The notes: generated from the sequence alone by a model not told the origin. Numbered from the stretch's first letter, positions 1 through 12,075 are shown. The stretch is 54,769 bases of DNA from Prorocentrum cordatum (GCA_963575745.1 CAUYUJ010000212.1:62001-116769), one strand, 5' to 3'. A program made the numbers and translations.

Positions 1-1030
1 CTCGCGAGCGCACCCCTCGGCCCCACTCGGAAGCATCCGCGCGCCAAAAACTCGGCCCAGCCACTCCGCCCGGAGGCCAGCATGAGCAAGAGGCACAACG
101 TCCATGGCCAACGACAGCCCCCGGCGAACGCTGGGCCACCACGCCCGCGGAGCCCCCCTAGCCTTCGCGAAGAAGCGATACACGGCGGAGAAGACCGACA
201 AGAGCGGGCGCCCCACTATGAAGAGGACGGCGCAGTGCCCGACGACGCGCGTCAGTTGCTGGGCCGATACCCTCGGCATCGCGAGCAGGGCCCAGGTGGC
301 CAGGGTGAGCCGCCAAGCCCTCCGAGGCGCCGGAGAGACGGCCCCGCGGCGCCCGTCGATCACCCAGCCTAGCAGCTGCGCCTGAAGCGCTACCGGCCCC
401 TCCTCGTGGACCCGCAGTCCACTCGAACGCAGCCCCGCCACAATGTCATCCGTCATCTGCTCTGCGACGGAGGGGCCCAGCGAGAGCGCGCCAAAATTGT
501 CGACCGGCGCCAGCCCAGCGCGGTCGGCGGCCGACTCGGCCACCTGCCGGTAGACCGCGAGCGCGCGGGACCAACCCACGGGCAGGACCGCGAGCCGCGG
601 CCAGACTTTCTGAGCCCGGCCCAGCCCCGCGCCAGCAGCCCGCCCCAGCCGCCACGCATCAAAGGGCGGCAGGGCGAAGCACGGGCGCCGCCCGGGGCGG
701 CTCCAGGTTGTAGAAGGCGCCCGTGATATCGGCCGGAGCCGCCCACAGGTTGTCGCCGCGGGGGAGCTCCAACGCCGCCCGCGCCGCCCCGGCAGCCAAG
801 CTAACGTCCGCGGGCGCGCCGAAACAAAAGTTATCGGACCCGGCATCCACGACAAGCCGCTGCCGCCCAGTCTTCTCGGGCACGCTGCAGAGAGCGACCT
901 CGCGCGCCACGCCCCGAAGGTCGTCGACGAGGTCGATGGCCCGGCGTCGAGCAGCCGCGTCAGCAGGGCTGCGCAGCGCCGGAGGTCGCGCAAGGCCGCG
1001 TCCACGCACGGCTTCTTGAAGCCTGCTCAA
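1..1030 (-). pseudogene. Reverse transcriptase/RNaseH region of the DIRS-like element, frameshifted
   Basis: ORF 659-1030 reads 'CSVPEKTGRQRLVVDAG..NFCFGAP..ADITGAFYNL'. Downstream frames give 'GWSRALAVYRQ' and 'PVDNFG' (degenerate YxDD/YVDN box). Confidence 0.7.
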
Positions 1031-1669
1031 ACTGCCAAACTTCGTTCGATCGTCTGCAAGACCTTGCTCGTGATATCACGATAGACGTGGCGAAAGAACC
1101 CCGGGCTCCAGCGACCGGCCCAGCGCCGCGGAAACATTGCCAGGCGGGGGAAGCGAGAGCCGGGGAACGTCGATCGCCTCCGCCCTGGTCGACAGCGAGC
1201 CGTCGTACGACAGAATAGCTCGGAGCTCCCGGAGGGCTGCCGACGGCTCTAGGTCGCCCGGCGGGGGGCTCAGCTGCGAGACGGACGCCGCAATCCGATC
1301 CAGGCACCGCTGCCGCGCCGCGTTCGCGGCAGGCGGGCGGGCGCCACTGCCCCCAAGGCCGCTGAGGCCGCTGAGAGACTCCACCGCCTGCCTCACGAAC
1401 CACGGCGCCGACGCCGCCCGGCGCGCGCGCCCCCGCGTGCTGCGCGAGCCCCCGCCCCCAGCCAGTCCGCCGGGGTCGGCGGCAGCCGGCGCCGGCAGCG
1501 GAAACATGCCCCGCTGCCGATCTGCGCCCGCCGCGCCGCGCCTGCCATCCACATCCTCGCCGTCGCAAGCGAACGCCGAGGAAGGTCCTGCTGCCGCAGC
1601 ACCCAGAGAGGCAGGGCCACGGAGCCCCTCCGGGATCGAGTCCATCATGACTTCGGGCCCCTGGTTTTA

Positions 1670-2444
1670 GCCCCAGAGGCCCAGAGGCGGCCTCTGCTTC
1701 CTCCCGCAACTTGCGGGCGTTCTTCTTGAAGTGGCTGACGCGCTCGAGCTCCTTGCCGACGACGCCCAGGAGGGCTGGGCAAACCATGCTGCTCGGCCGG
1801 CTGGCCGCGCCGGTGCCACCCAGGAACGCGTTGGCCCCCTCCAGCGGCAGCTTCAACTGGCCGGCGCCCTGCCCCCGCTGCTTCTCGCCCCGGAAATGCT
1901 CGATAAGCTGCAACTTCCTCGCGAGCCGCTCGACCCCGACGAGGTTGGCCACATTGACCTCGTCGATGGCGGCCAAGTCTTCGAGCACCGCGCTGAGAGT
2001 TCGGCGCTTCAAAACGCCGAAGTCGGTCGTGCTAAGCCGCTTTCGAGCCTTCCAGCTCTCATGGCGCTGGATTGGCTCGCCCTCGCGCAGCAGCCAGGTC
2101 ACGCACCACGATGTGGATCGCGGCACCGGCGCGAACTGCGGGTCGGCAACCTCCTTGGCGACCTCTGCGACTGACTGCCAGCTCCGCGGCCCAACCGCGC
2201 CTGGCGCCGGGGCGAGCGTCCGAGCCGCGCCAGCGAACTAGGAAGTCTGCCCGGCGCCAGTCCTCTAGGAGGTAAGCCACGCACCCCATGCCGCCGGCGA
2301 GGGCGAGCACTGCCCGGCGGCCGGTCCGACACGACAGGACGACGCCGCTCATCGGCCCCACCTGGACGACGGATCCGAAGGCGAACGAACAGTCCACGTC
2401 CTCCACGAACACCCAGGCCCAGCCCTGCGGAGCCTCGCCGTTGG
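1670..2444 (-). pseudogene. C-terminal part of the DIRS-like gag/ORF1
   Basis: 'WAWVFVEDVD..GSVVQVG..DAR' (2059-2412 frame) and 'PIQRHESWK..LAAIDEVNVANLVGVERLARKLQLIEH' (960-2126 frame). It continues the 8533-9186 ORF once the insertion is removed. Confidence 0.6.
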
Positions 2445-2460
2445 GGCCATGTGTGAGGGG

Positions 2461-5400
2461 TCGGCCTCCGTTCCCCCTTTCGACGTGCCCTTCGTTGCGC
2501 CGTACTCGCTGCGGTTGCCCGCTGCAATTTCGGCGTCCAGATGGGCAGCACCCCTTATGACATCTGTTATGTAGTCAGACCACGCGCGATCGGCGCTCGG
2601 GAGAGCGACGGCGTCTCTGGTCTCCGGACCGAGAGTGGGCGAATGGAAGCCGAGGCCAGGATCCAGCGAACGATCCGCGTCCGATCGGCGATCGGGGTCC
2701 CAATCGACCGGCTGATCGGGCTGGTCGGCGGTGGCTGAGCTCGCGGCTACCTGCTGTCGAGGGAGGACACAAAAACAACCTGAACGCGAGGGAGGCGTCT
2801 GCCTCTTCAGCACAGGGGGGTCTGAACTAAGAGCCGGGGTCTTGATTTTGACCGTCTGTCGAAAGAACAACGGCTTAGCCAGAGCCAGCGGGCTCCTGCT
2901 TCGGGATTTCTTCAGCCGAATCGGATCCGGAGAGTCCTGGGAGCGGGAAGATTTTCCGTGCCGGGTCGTTCCTGGAGAGTCCCGTGTTCCGCGCCGCGGG
3001 GGCAGGGGAGGTGGGTTTCTCCTCCTGTGTCCAGATCCTCTGGGCGCTCTGGTGTCCAGATGCTCTGATGGAGCAGCAGCCGGGCGTGTCCTTGAAGACG
3101 TAACAGAAGCATGCGGCTTTTGAGCCGGAGCTGAGTCATCCCCTTGCCGTGGCTGGTCCTTCGTGGCGCCGCAGCACGGACAGGGCGCGCTAGTCGGAGC
3201 CAACTCGACCGTGTCGATTTCGCAGGCGTCCGTCGGGACGAAGGTATCGTCGCAGGCATGTGATTGCCATGTGACGGTGCCACAGCAGAGCAATTTGACC
3301 TTGCGCCTCGAATGAGCCTCTGGGCGTCGACGACAGTGCCCCCCCGGATTCGGTGGAGGCGGAAACACTAACTCCATGTTATCGGCGTCAACGTGTGGTA
3401 TGTAGTCGCGAACAGGGGCCCTCCGTGATGGTCCACCATCTGGTGGTGAGAGAACACACCCATCTTTTCTGCTCCAATGGATGGTCCAATCCTCATCCTC
3501 GACGAGACGACCCATGGAAATAACAGACGGACAACCTTTGAGAGCCAAAGAACCTGTGTGCAAGTTAATGGAAGGCACAGAAATATTGATGTGCTCATTA
3601 ACAACTCGATCGCCGTTTGCTGTTTCCAATACGTATTCATGTCCACGACGAATACCACATGTTTCAGCTTGAGTCAAATCGTCCTTGTCCGTGATGTGGT
3701 GCGCAGAACCACTATCCAAGACCCAAGACCGTGCGAGAACCGCGGGGGACTTTGCTGCAGTTTCCTGCTGCATGGTCCCTGCTGCAGTTCCCTGCTGCAC
3801 TAGCCCTGCTGCAATTCCCTGCTGCACTGCCCCGGCTGGGACAAGCGGCATGCAGGTGTCGAGGTCGTCGTCCAGGCGCTTGGTCAAACGGATGGCGTTC
3901 TCGATTGCCTCCTGGAGCGCATCCGCGGAGGTCTGCAGCCAGTGGTCCGGAAGAACATCAGGAACGTGGACCACATATCCCTGGTTAGGGGAAGTACGGT
4001 GTCGACGTATTTTGGTCTGAACAGGGAAGTAGTGAATCTCTGTGGCTGCAAAGTTCCATTGCAAGCCTTTCGGCGTCTGAGTCTTCCTGCCAGGGACTAC
4101 AGCGAGAGCGAAGGATCGTGGACGACAGACGTCAACTTGAGGTCGAAGACAGCCGGGAGGCCGATCACAAGGGCTCGGGTCGTGATCATTGCTTTGGCTG
4201 CTGCGGCGTCGGTCGCGGGAGGGGGAGCGCCGTAGTCGACAGGAGTCGTAACAGCGCGTGCCCCCCGGACTGTTGGACACTCGCGTGCTGTGTCCAAACT
4301 GGGGGCCTGGCGAGGCACCAGGCAGGGCGCCAGGCTCGGCGCCGGATTGGGAGCCGGGCTCGGAGCCGAGAAAGGTGCTGCGCTCAGAACAGCCGGGTTG
4401 GGGACCGGACTCGGAGCGGGACTGGGAGCCGGCAAAGGCGCCGGTCAGGGCGCCGGGCTCGGAGCTGGTCTGGGGGCCGTGCTCGGAGCCGGCCTGGCAG
4501 CCGGCGCGGGTGCCGGTCAGGGCGCCGGGCTCGGAGCTGGTCTGGGAGCCGTGCTCGGAGCCGGGGGGGGCGCCGCCAGGCAGCAGTGCGCCAGGTGGGG
4601 AACCGGGCTGGGAGCCGGCCTGGGAGCCGGCAAAGGCGCCGGTCAGGGCGCCGGGCGGCGAGCCGGGCTGGGGGTTACGCTCGGGGCCGGCCTGGGAGCC
4701 GGCGCGGGTGCCGGTCAGGGCGCCGTGTTTGGAGCGTATGACGTACACTCGGTTCCAGGGAGCGGCAGGTGACCGGGCCCTCGTGCTCGTGCTGCTCCGC
4801 TGGCTGGTACGGTCTGAGTCGCGAGAAGGTCGACGTCCGCGCTGGGAGTCGTCGTGGAGCGTGCCTTCCTGACCCTCATACCCGTCTTGGTTGGGAGCGG
4901 GCTGAGATCGCCAGTTATCCCAGGTCTGAGATTGGGAGGCGTCACGAGGAGGCTGCTGAGATCCCCCCGGACTCCTGGACGAACGGTGGTTTCGACCAGA
5001 TTTCGGTCCACGCGAGGGGCGGCGGCCACGGCTGTCCTGACTCCGCGGGCGGCTGATGCTCTGTGGCGGAGTCGCAGCGTTGGCTGCCAGGTGTGCGTAG
5101 GTGCACGCGTCGCCCTTGGCGCAGTGGCCTGCCTGGAAGTAGCTGCAGGCGGGCACGTGGGGGTAGCGGCAGCGGTCGCCGTACGAACAGGCACCAGTTT
5201 TGGCGAATTTGTGGCAAAAACGCGCGGCGCCGCCGTGAGGCTGCTGCGAGCCGGGTGGCTGGGCAGAACGCTGGGGCTGGCGAGAGTTCTCGCTGTGAGG
5301 GGCGCCAGTGTCAGGGCGGCTGCGGGAGTCCACCATGTGCAGGAGCTTGCACGCGTTTCCCTTGGGGCATTTGCCCTTGCTGAAGGGCACGCAGAAGCCA

Positions 5401-5801
5401 GTCTTCGGAGAGACGATGGCTGCGGTGTCCCTGTTGCCTGTCCTCAGGTGGTACTGGTTGCGCCGCGTTCGGTGTAGCTCAAGAACAGCTGTGACTCGGT
5501 GGTGGAGCCAAGTGTAACAGCGCTCTGGTGCCCCTTTAGGAGCTTTGTTGTACGTGTTCATGTCGTCCTTCATCCAAGGATGCAACTCAATCTGTGTACG
5601 AAACAGTGACTCCATAATGTTCGGCGGAGGAAGCTCCCGGAGCTCCAGGAGCAGTTGGTCCCACTCCGTCACGAACCTTTTGAGGTCATCTCCATGCATA
5701 CGTAGAGTGTTGATCCTTTCGAAATCATGAATCGTATCGTCGGCGTCGGTCACATCGTAATAACGCAAAATCTTCCAGTAGATCTGACGTCCCTTTATCA
5801 T
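2461..5801 (-). pseudogene. gag C-terminus with three CCCH zinc fingers, G/S/P/Q repeats and aspartic protease; truncated by the deletion
   Basis: ORF 2349-5801: 'IKGRQIYWKI..LKRFVTEWDQLL', CVPFSKGKCPKGNACKLLH, CHKFAKTGACSYGDRCRYPH, CSYFQAGHCAKGDACTYAH, and WVLDSGSAHHI..LETANG (~3600-3727). Confidence 0.8.
4320..4725. repeat. Degenerate GC-rich tandem repeats inside gag
   Basis: Recurrent 'gccggtcagggcgccggg' and 'gggagccggc' units encoding GALTG/GSEPG repeats. Confidence 0.8.
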
Positions 5802-8184
5802 GCGACCGTGCTTGTGCTGTGTTCTCCAGCAATTTGATATCCAGTTTCAATTCGCTGCTGAGAATCGCTTGTAAAGCTTCCGCGAACTTCAGATCCAAAC
5901 TTGCGAAATCACCGCTGTCCTGTAGATCTTCCAGTGTCACACCGGGCTGTTCTGCAACACAGAAGAACTTGTATGCAGCATCTGGACGCCCAGAGGCACT
6001 GCAGAAGGCCTTGCGGACTGCGTGCTGCCACTCAAGAACATGTCCGATTCTGGGAAGACCTGGAACACGCACACGCTCGCTCTCCTTCACCGGTGTGATG
6101 GTAGCAACAGGGCTCCCTCCGATGGTGTATTGAGACTGCATGACAGTAGCACCAAGGACGTTGGGCACTGGTGAGTGCGTGCGAAAGCTTGCAGCGTCGA
6201 AGTTTGCCTCCTGTGCAGGTGCTGCGGAAGCGGCCGGGGCCGCGGTCCTGCTGGCAGCTGACGGTGACACACGTCGGGCCTGTGGCTGGTAGCCAGCGGC
6301 TGGGGTTTCCCCCTGCACACCCCCCGCGTTCGAGGCAGGGGCGCCGGGAGAAGTGCGTCTGGAGGTCGGGGCTTGCGGTGGTACAGGTGTGTGCTGTGTA
6401 GCGTCAGCTACGTGGGCCTTGAAGTGGTCTTCGAGAATGATGTTGTCACGTTGCAACTGTTCGATGCAGCCTGAGAAACCATCAACATTCCTCTGGACCT
6501 CGCGGGTCTTGTCTGTAAGCACGGAATACTGTCGTTGAGTAGACTGGGAAAGGTCTGTAAGAAGAGAACGTAGCTGATCCATGTCGGCCTTTACGCGCGA
6601 CAGCTCCTGCTGCGTTTCCGCCAGGCGGGTCTGCACTTCAGATACCCGTGCCTTTCCAGCATCCCTCTCAGAGCGAAGCTCGTGTAACTGCCTTTGCACG
6701 TGGTCCGCCTCCGCACGCACGGTCCGTTGTACGGCTGCCAGTACGGCGGGGTCGTCAACCGAAGAAGGGGGCACCAGCTGGCCAGTCTGGGCCCTTACAA
6801 CGCGCAGCTCAGTCACGGCCTCTTCGAGAGTCAGGACTCTGGCGGTGAGCTTTGGGATCGAATCAACTTGGGAATCAGAGAGACGCTGGTTGACAGCATT
6901 TTCGGCTTGACAGAGTTTGCCGTAGAGATCTTGTTGGACTTGTTGGGTCTCAGCACGAAGATCAGATGTAGCAGACATCGTGGCGTCACGAAGCTCAATA
7001 ATCTGGCCCTGGAGAGCTGAGGGAGCCGCGCCGGCGCTGGCGGCAGCAACTGCTTGGAGTTCATCGTGGAGAAACTTGGCGCGAGTATCATTGTGGTCAC
7101 GCATATGGATAAAACGTGCTTCCAAATGAGAGAACTCGGAGTGCACAGCGGCAAGCTCGGAGCGGTCTTGGCCACGCTGAGCGGCAACAGCATCGACCTT
7201 CGAAACGAGTTGACACATGACGTGACGATCCTCGTACAACCTAGCGTCGACTTCCTGCAAACCTTTAGCGAGATCCGATCGCAAGATCGCAGTCTCAGTG
7301 GCGGTTGCCCGGTGCACGAGAGCAGTCTGATGCTCCACATACGTCTGTACCTGGTCTCTTAGCTCAGCCATATCTGTTAGGGGGACGGCGGCAGGCGCAG
7401 CCACAGGTGAGCTGACAGCGCGTCTTCGTGCCCTCTGGGAGGGACTGCGGCTGTGCAAATCCTGGGCTGCAATCTGGAACTGTTCGGGGCCACGTCTGTC
7501 ACGAGGCGAAGCTGCGCGAGAACGAGAAACAGTGACTTGACGACCGGCGAAGGCTGCGCCGTCGCGGGTCTGAGCACGAAACTCGAGGGCGCGGATGTGC
7601 TCTCGGACTGGCGTCACGGCACGGGTGACTGGGTTCCGTCCTGGCGCGCCGGCGTTCGCGTGACTCCCGCCCCAGCGGCGAGATCCTCCAGAGCCTCTCC
7701 GCACGGGACTTCCCTGTGGAGGCGAAAGAGCCTCCGAGTGGGCCCCCCCAGCAGGGGCCCGAAAAGTCGGGGTCAGATTTTGAGGAGGTTGAGGAGTCTG
7801 GAGCTGAGGATCTCCAGGAGCCACAGGGTGTCTCGCTCTGACAGCATTTCTGGGCGGATCATTCCGTGGCACGAGGACCTCAGCGCTCTGAAAGAGATGC
7901 TGCGCAGCACCCGAGCTGCGGTCTCCCGCTGCATCCGACACGACGGGCGACGCGACGGGATGAACGACTGACGACGAGGAAGGGGCCTGGAACTGAGGAG
8001 TACCAGGAGCGTGTCCTTGTCCAGCGTCAAGACCCTCAGTACCTGGAGAAATGGCCACACGATCAGCTCGCGGGATGCCATGCACGTCCATCAAAACTTC
8101 AATCTCCTGCTCCAAGTTGCGCGCCACGGGGTCCGCCACGCCGTCGCGAAGAGGCGCGGGGCCGAGAGGCGCACCGCCCTCCAT
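5725..8184 (-). pseudogene. gag N-terminus (long coiled coil plus start of the capsid-like domain), frameshifted at ~5810 relative to the downstream ORF
   Basis: 819-aa ORF with heptad-rich middle and 'DSGDFASLDLKFAEAL..KLLENTAQ', which continues as 'HGRMIKGRQI' in the next frame. Confidence 0.75.
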
Positions 8185-8246
8185 CGCGACTGAGTGGGGG
8201 GCTCAGGAAGCGCGGAAGTTGGAGCGATTGCGTTTTGAACAGAGAA

Positions 8247-8257
8247 GGCTGATAACC
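8247..8257 (-). promoter_or_regulatory. Putative primer-binding site, half-tRNA (anticodon-arm) type
   Basis: GGTTATCAGCC directly abuts the 5' LTR end (..CACA|GGTTAT) and resembles the GGTTATGGGCCC PBS of Drosophila copia. Confidence 0.6.
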
Positions 8258-8512
8258 TGTGTGAGGGGGAGGGGGACCGAAGGACCGAACCCACCCCCAA
8301 AGTGTCCGTAGGTAGACGTGATGAGGATGATGGAAGTTGTCCACTTCACCCTCTGAGTACGAGTACCTGCATCCGAGCCGAAAGGGGCGATGGATATGAG
8401 CAAGATAGGAGGAAAGTAGGGGGATTCCCTCTGTGTACGAGTACCTGCATCCGAGCCGAAAGGGGCGATGGATATGAGCAAGATAGGAGGAAAGTAGGGG
8501 GATTCACACACA
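8258..8512 (-). repeat. 5' LTR (255 bp) of the deleted copia element, with an internal 78-bp tandem duplication
   Basis: TG...CA ends; units 8349-8426 and 8427-8504 are nearly identical; abuts the TSD and the PBS. Confidence 0.85.
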
Positions 8513-8532
8513 GGCCAAGGGGCGTCGTCCTT

Positions 8533-9186
8533 CTACCCCGGGCCCGGCGGCGCGCCGTTGGCGGGAAGCGCCCCACCGGCGACGGGCGCGGCCACGGCGC
8601 CGGCCGCCAGAGGGGCGCGAGGCGGCACCGCCGGGGGCAGCGCCGAGGCGGGCACTACGCTGGCCGGAAGGAGCACACCACGTGCGACCACGGCGGCCGC
8701 CACCGCGGGCGGATGCCCTCTTGCGACCAAGGCCCCAGCCGCCAGCGGCGGGGCCGCCCCTGGGAGGAGCCCGCCGTCCATGGGGAGAAGCGCGCCCCCG
8801 GCTGGGATCGCCACGCCTGGATGCCGGCGGGCGAACTGGGCGTCTGCCTCGGCGGTGGCGGCCGCCAGCCAGACGGCCTCGCGCGCGGCCGACGGCACGC
8901 GCACGAAGCGATACGTCGCCTCCGGCGCGAACCCCAGCGGCAGCGGCCAGCGCACCGCTGAGAAGCGGACCGCCGCGATGTCGGGCCCAGCCGCCAGCAG
9001 CCGCTCCGCATGCACCGTGTCGTCGGGCGACACGATCAACATGTCATCCGTGAGTGCCAATCGGCCCACTTCCCTCCTCTGGTGGAACAGCGGCGCGCCG
9101 CCCACGTTGTACAGGACCCACGCCCACGCCTCTGCCATCTCTAGTACCAGGAAGAGCCAGAGAGGCCGAAGGACCCGCTGGCGCAC
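8533..9186 (-). pseudogene. N-terminal part of the DIRS-like gag/ORF1
   Basis: Protein-like stretch 'WVLYNVGGAPLFHQR..IVSPDDTVHAERL..DIAAVRF..LPLG..TYRF', then an Ala/Pro/Gly linker cut by the copia insertion. Confidence 0.6.
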
Positions 9187-9502
9187 CTGGGGACGAGGCC
9201 GAGACGCCGGGCAGCGGACCCGTGGCGTCGGTGGTGAAGCGGAGCGGGCCGTACAGCCGAAGCGCCACCACGGCGGCCAGCGCGCCGATGGAGGCGCCGG
9301 CCAGCGCCGCTCCGGCGCAAGCCAGGGTAACGGTCCCCGGTGTCACACCCACAGTCGCCCCTGGGCACGGCGGACACGCCGGGCACGAAGGGAAGGCAGG
9401 GATGTGCGTCGCTGGGCAGCGGGCGATCCAGGCCTGCAGCGCAGGCACCCCCCAGCGATCTGGCACCCCCAGCAAGCCGTCCGGGAGGACGATCCAAGCC
9501 AT
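9044..9502 (-). CDS. Small 5' ORF of the DIRS-like element: CPACPPCP motif plus a hydrophobic segment
   Basis: ATG at 9502 lies ~27 nt downstream of an SL-like motif; 'SCPACPPCP..LACAGAALAGASIGALAAVVALRLY'. Confidence 0.4.
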   Translation of the reverse strand: MAWIVLPDGLLGVPDRWGVPALQAWIARCPATHIPAFPSCPACPPCPGATVGVTPGTVTLACAGAALAGASIGALAAVVALRLYGPLRFTTDATGPLPGVSASSPGAPAGPSASLALPGTRDGRGVGVGPVQRGRRAAVPPEEGSGPIGTHG

Positions 9503-9528
9503 GCACCGCGGTTCCGCCGCGGCACGAG

Positions 9529-9550
9529 CTCGAGAGCCGAAGGCTACGGA
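9529..9550 (-). other. Relic DinoSL-like motif at the 5' end of the DIRS-like element
   Basis: Minus strand TCCGTAGCCTTCGGCTCTCGAG versus TCCGTAGCCATTTTGGCTCAAG: first 9 nt exact, plus GGCTC. Confidence 0.7.
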
Positions 9551-9609
9551 ATGCAAGCATTCTGCCTCTCAGCCCCCCTCGTAAGGCATTAAACTTCGAA
9601 AGGAAGGAC

Positions 9610-9684
9610 CACCATCATCATCATCATCATCATCATCCTCCTCCTCCTCCTCCTCCTCCTCCTCCTCCTCCTCCTCCTCATCAT

Positions 9685-9715
<31 letters not shown>

Positions 9716-9801
9716 AGCAGCATCATCATCACCACCACCACCACCATCATCAGCACCAGCATCAGCATCAGCATCAGCATCAGCATCAGCATCAGCATCA
9801 G

Positions 9802-9833
<32 letters not shown>

Positions 9834-9840
9834 GCAGCAG

Positions 9841-9906
<66 letters not shown>

Positions 9907-9981
9907 ATTCATCTGCATCATCATCATCATCATCATCATCATCAGCAGCATCAGAAGCAGCATCAGCATTATCATCAGCAG

Positions 9982-10062
<81 letters not shown>

Positions 10063-10159
10063 AATCTTCATCATCAGCATCATCATCAGCATCATCATCA
10101 GCAGCAGCATCAGAAGCAGCATCAGCATTATCATCATCAGCAGCAGCAGCATCAGCATT

Positions 10160-10215
<56 letters not shown>

Positions 10216-10260
10216 GAACAGCATCAACATCATAAGCATCATCATCACAATAGTCATCAA
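9610..10260. repeat. Compound (CAT)n/(CAG)n/(CCT)n microsatellite
   Basis: Directly visible. Confidence 0.97.
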
Positions 10261-10602
10261 AGATGTAGGGAGGTATTGGGCAACAAGCCCGCAGACCAGA
10301 ACAGGCGAAGAAGGGTGCCTTGGTGCATGCTCTGCCTATTCGAAGGCGAGCTTTCCCGAGTCGAGGGGTGCGTGAAGATCCTGAAGAGCATGGCCGGCTA
10401 TATCGGGCAGGCGGGCTTCTAGAGCGACATGGAGCCGAGGGACAGCAGGGGCAAGAAGGAAGCCCAACACAAGGCATGCAGCGGATTTTACCGTAAGGCG
10501 TACCCGCATCAAAGCGACGCATCCAGAGACCTCCAGAGCCCCATAAAAAGACGAAGCGTCCAAGAATCTAGAATCTCGAACCTCGATCCTCAAACATCGA
10601 GC

Positions 10603-10639
<37 letters not shown>

Positions 10640-11759
10640 CTAACAAGACCTCTGGAGGTCTCTGAAGGTCCCCGGAGGCCTGCAGAGGTCCCAGGACGCT
10701 CCAAGAGCCTCTGGAGGCCTCGGGAGACCCCCAAAAAAATCAAATAAACCCTTCCAACAAATACATCGATCCTCGAAATTTCGAGAGCGACACCGACGAC
10801 GACGACGACGACGACGACGACCGAAGCCACCGTGGCGACCCTGGGCCGGCCAAGAAGCAGCCCCCGAATCCGGGCCGGCGCTGTGAGGAGAGGAGGGGGG
10901 AGATGAAGCAGCGGTGGCCGCCTCATCCCAGACGGCATCTCAGAAGACGAGAGTCCCCTCACGGTTGTGCCACTCGCTTCAGCGTCACGCTGGTCGGAGG
11001 GGAGGTCGGCTCCTCCTCTGGCTCCCCGGACTGTGGCGAATTGTTGCGAATTGTTGCGAATTACATTGAAGGGGCCCCAGGACACACAAATAAATACACA
11101 CAAATAAAAATATTCCCCATATTTTTCCATATTTTCTGGGTTTCTGTCTTCCCCCCACTTCCCATATTTTCCCATCTTTTCTGGGGAATCGAGGATTAAT
11201 TGTGTCTGTGTGTTTCTTTTCCTCCTGATACATGTACATCCGTACCCGCAGCCTTTTTGGCCCTGGGCGCTAACAGGCCCCGAGGCCCGCACCTCCGAGC
11301 GGGGTTCGCCTGCACGGTAGTTCCTGCAGGCAGGGCGGAGGCGAGCAGGCCTGGACATCGCACTGCAAAAAACGCGGGTCAGCCAGAGGGGATCAGAGGC
11401 GATTGGCCCACCCCCTGGTTGAGGCTGACTCTCACTGCGGCGGGCTCACCTCACGATTCGGCACTAGCTTCTGACACCGCATAACACCGCGAGCGCCCGC
11501 GGCCCTCCGACCGCGCAGATCGCTCGATTATCTGCCGACTCCAGGCCTCCGGCGGAGCTCAGCCTTGAACTCTCGAGCGGCAGACCTTGCCCACATCCAC
11601 GCCCTCGCGGTCTGAATTTCGAGGCGCGATGTGGTGGATGCGCGGTCGCACGGGCACGTTCCGCGCGGGGCGTCCACGAAGAAGACGCTCCGTGTCCAAG
11701 TGGTCGCGGCCCAGGGGCCCGGCCCGCGAGGCCGACGATACGGATACGTAAATACGTCT

Positions 11760-12075
11760 TCCTATGGGCCTCTCTTGGGGGTCTCGTGGGGCCCTCTTCG
11801 GCCGTCTGGGGGCCCTCTTGGGGGCCTCTTGGGCCGATTGGGGGCGATCTTGGGGGACTCTTGGGCCGTCTTGGGGCGTTGCAGCCCCGAAAAGGCGAGA
11901 ACACTAGAATCCTTCAACAAAGGATGGACGATCGGTGGTTGCGGCGTCTCGGGGACCCTTTGGGGGGGTCTCTTGGGGTCCTCCTGGGGGCCCTCCTGGG
12001 GGCCTCCTGGGCAGTCTGGAAATCATCTCGGGCGCCCGAGAGCCATCTTCGGATGGAGCCATCTCGGGCGTCTGG
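11760..12075. repeat. GGCCTCTTGGGG-rich dispersed repeat (related stretches at 32155-33200, 37450-37550, 39800-40040)
   Basis: Recurrent 'tcttgggg/ggcctc' words with strong strand bias. Confidence 0.6.

Larger units (their letters stand above)
2450..8512 (-). mobile_element. Ty1/copia-like LTR retrotransposon, internally deleted (5' LTR, gag and protease kept; IN/RT/RH and nearly all of the 3' LTR missing)
   Basis: Ends TGTGTG...CACACA; 5-bp TSD GGCCA at 2445-2449 and 8513-8517; LTR at 8258-8512; only 11 bp (TGTGTGAGGGG) of the other LTR remain at 2450-2460; copia-type protease motif WVLDSGSAHHI. Confidence 0.85.
1..9550 (-). mobile_element. Decayed DIRS-like (tyrosine-recombinase class) retrotransposon; 3' part lies beyond the left window edge; interrupted at 2450-8512 by a copia insertion
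   Basis: Frameshifted fragments in the expected order on the minus strand: small Cys-rich/TM ORF (9044-9502), gag-like N-terminus (8533-9186), gag-like remainder (~1700-2440), RT motifs (EKTGRQRLVVDA, ADITGAFY, GWSRAL, VDNF at ~493-504), then RNaseH-proximal 'VVGHCAVLFIVGRPLLSVFSAVYRF'. No recombinase is seen in the window, so the class assignment is inferred from RT/gag motif style. Confidence 0.7.

Noticed and set aside
5790..5830. Programmed ribosomal frameshift between ORFs 5725-8184 and 2349-5801
   Set aside because: No slippery heptamer, and the shift falls inside the gag domain; more likely a 1-nt indel or sequencing error.
9340..10522. Poly-His, poly-Asp and poly-Met ORFs
   Set aside because: Translations of (CAT)n microsatellite; the same applies to 44952-46320 and 51820-53478.
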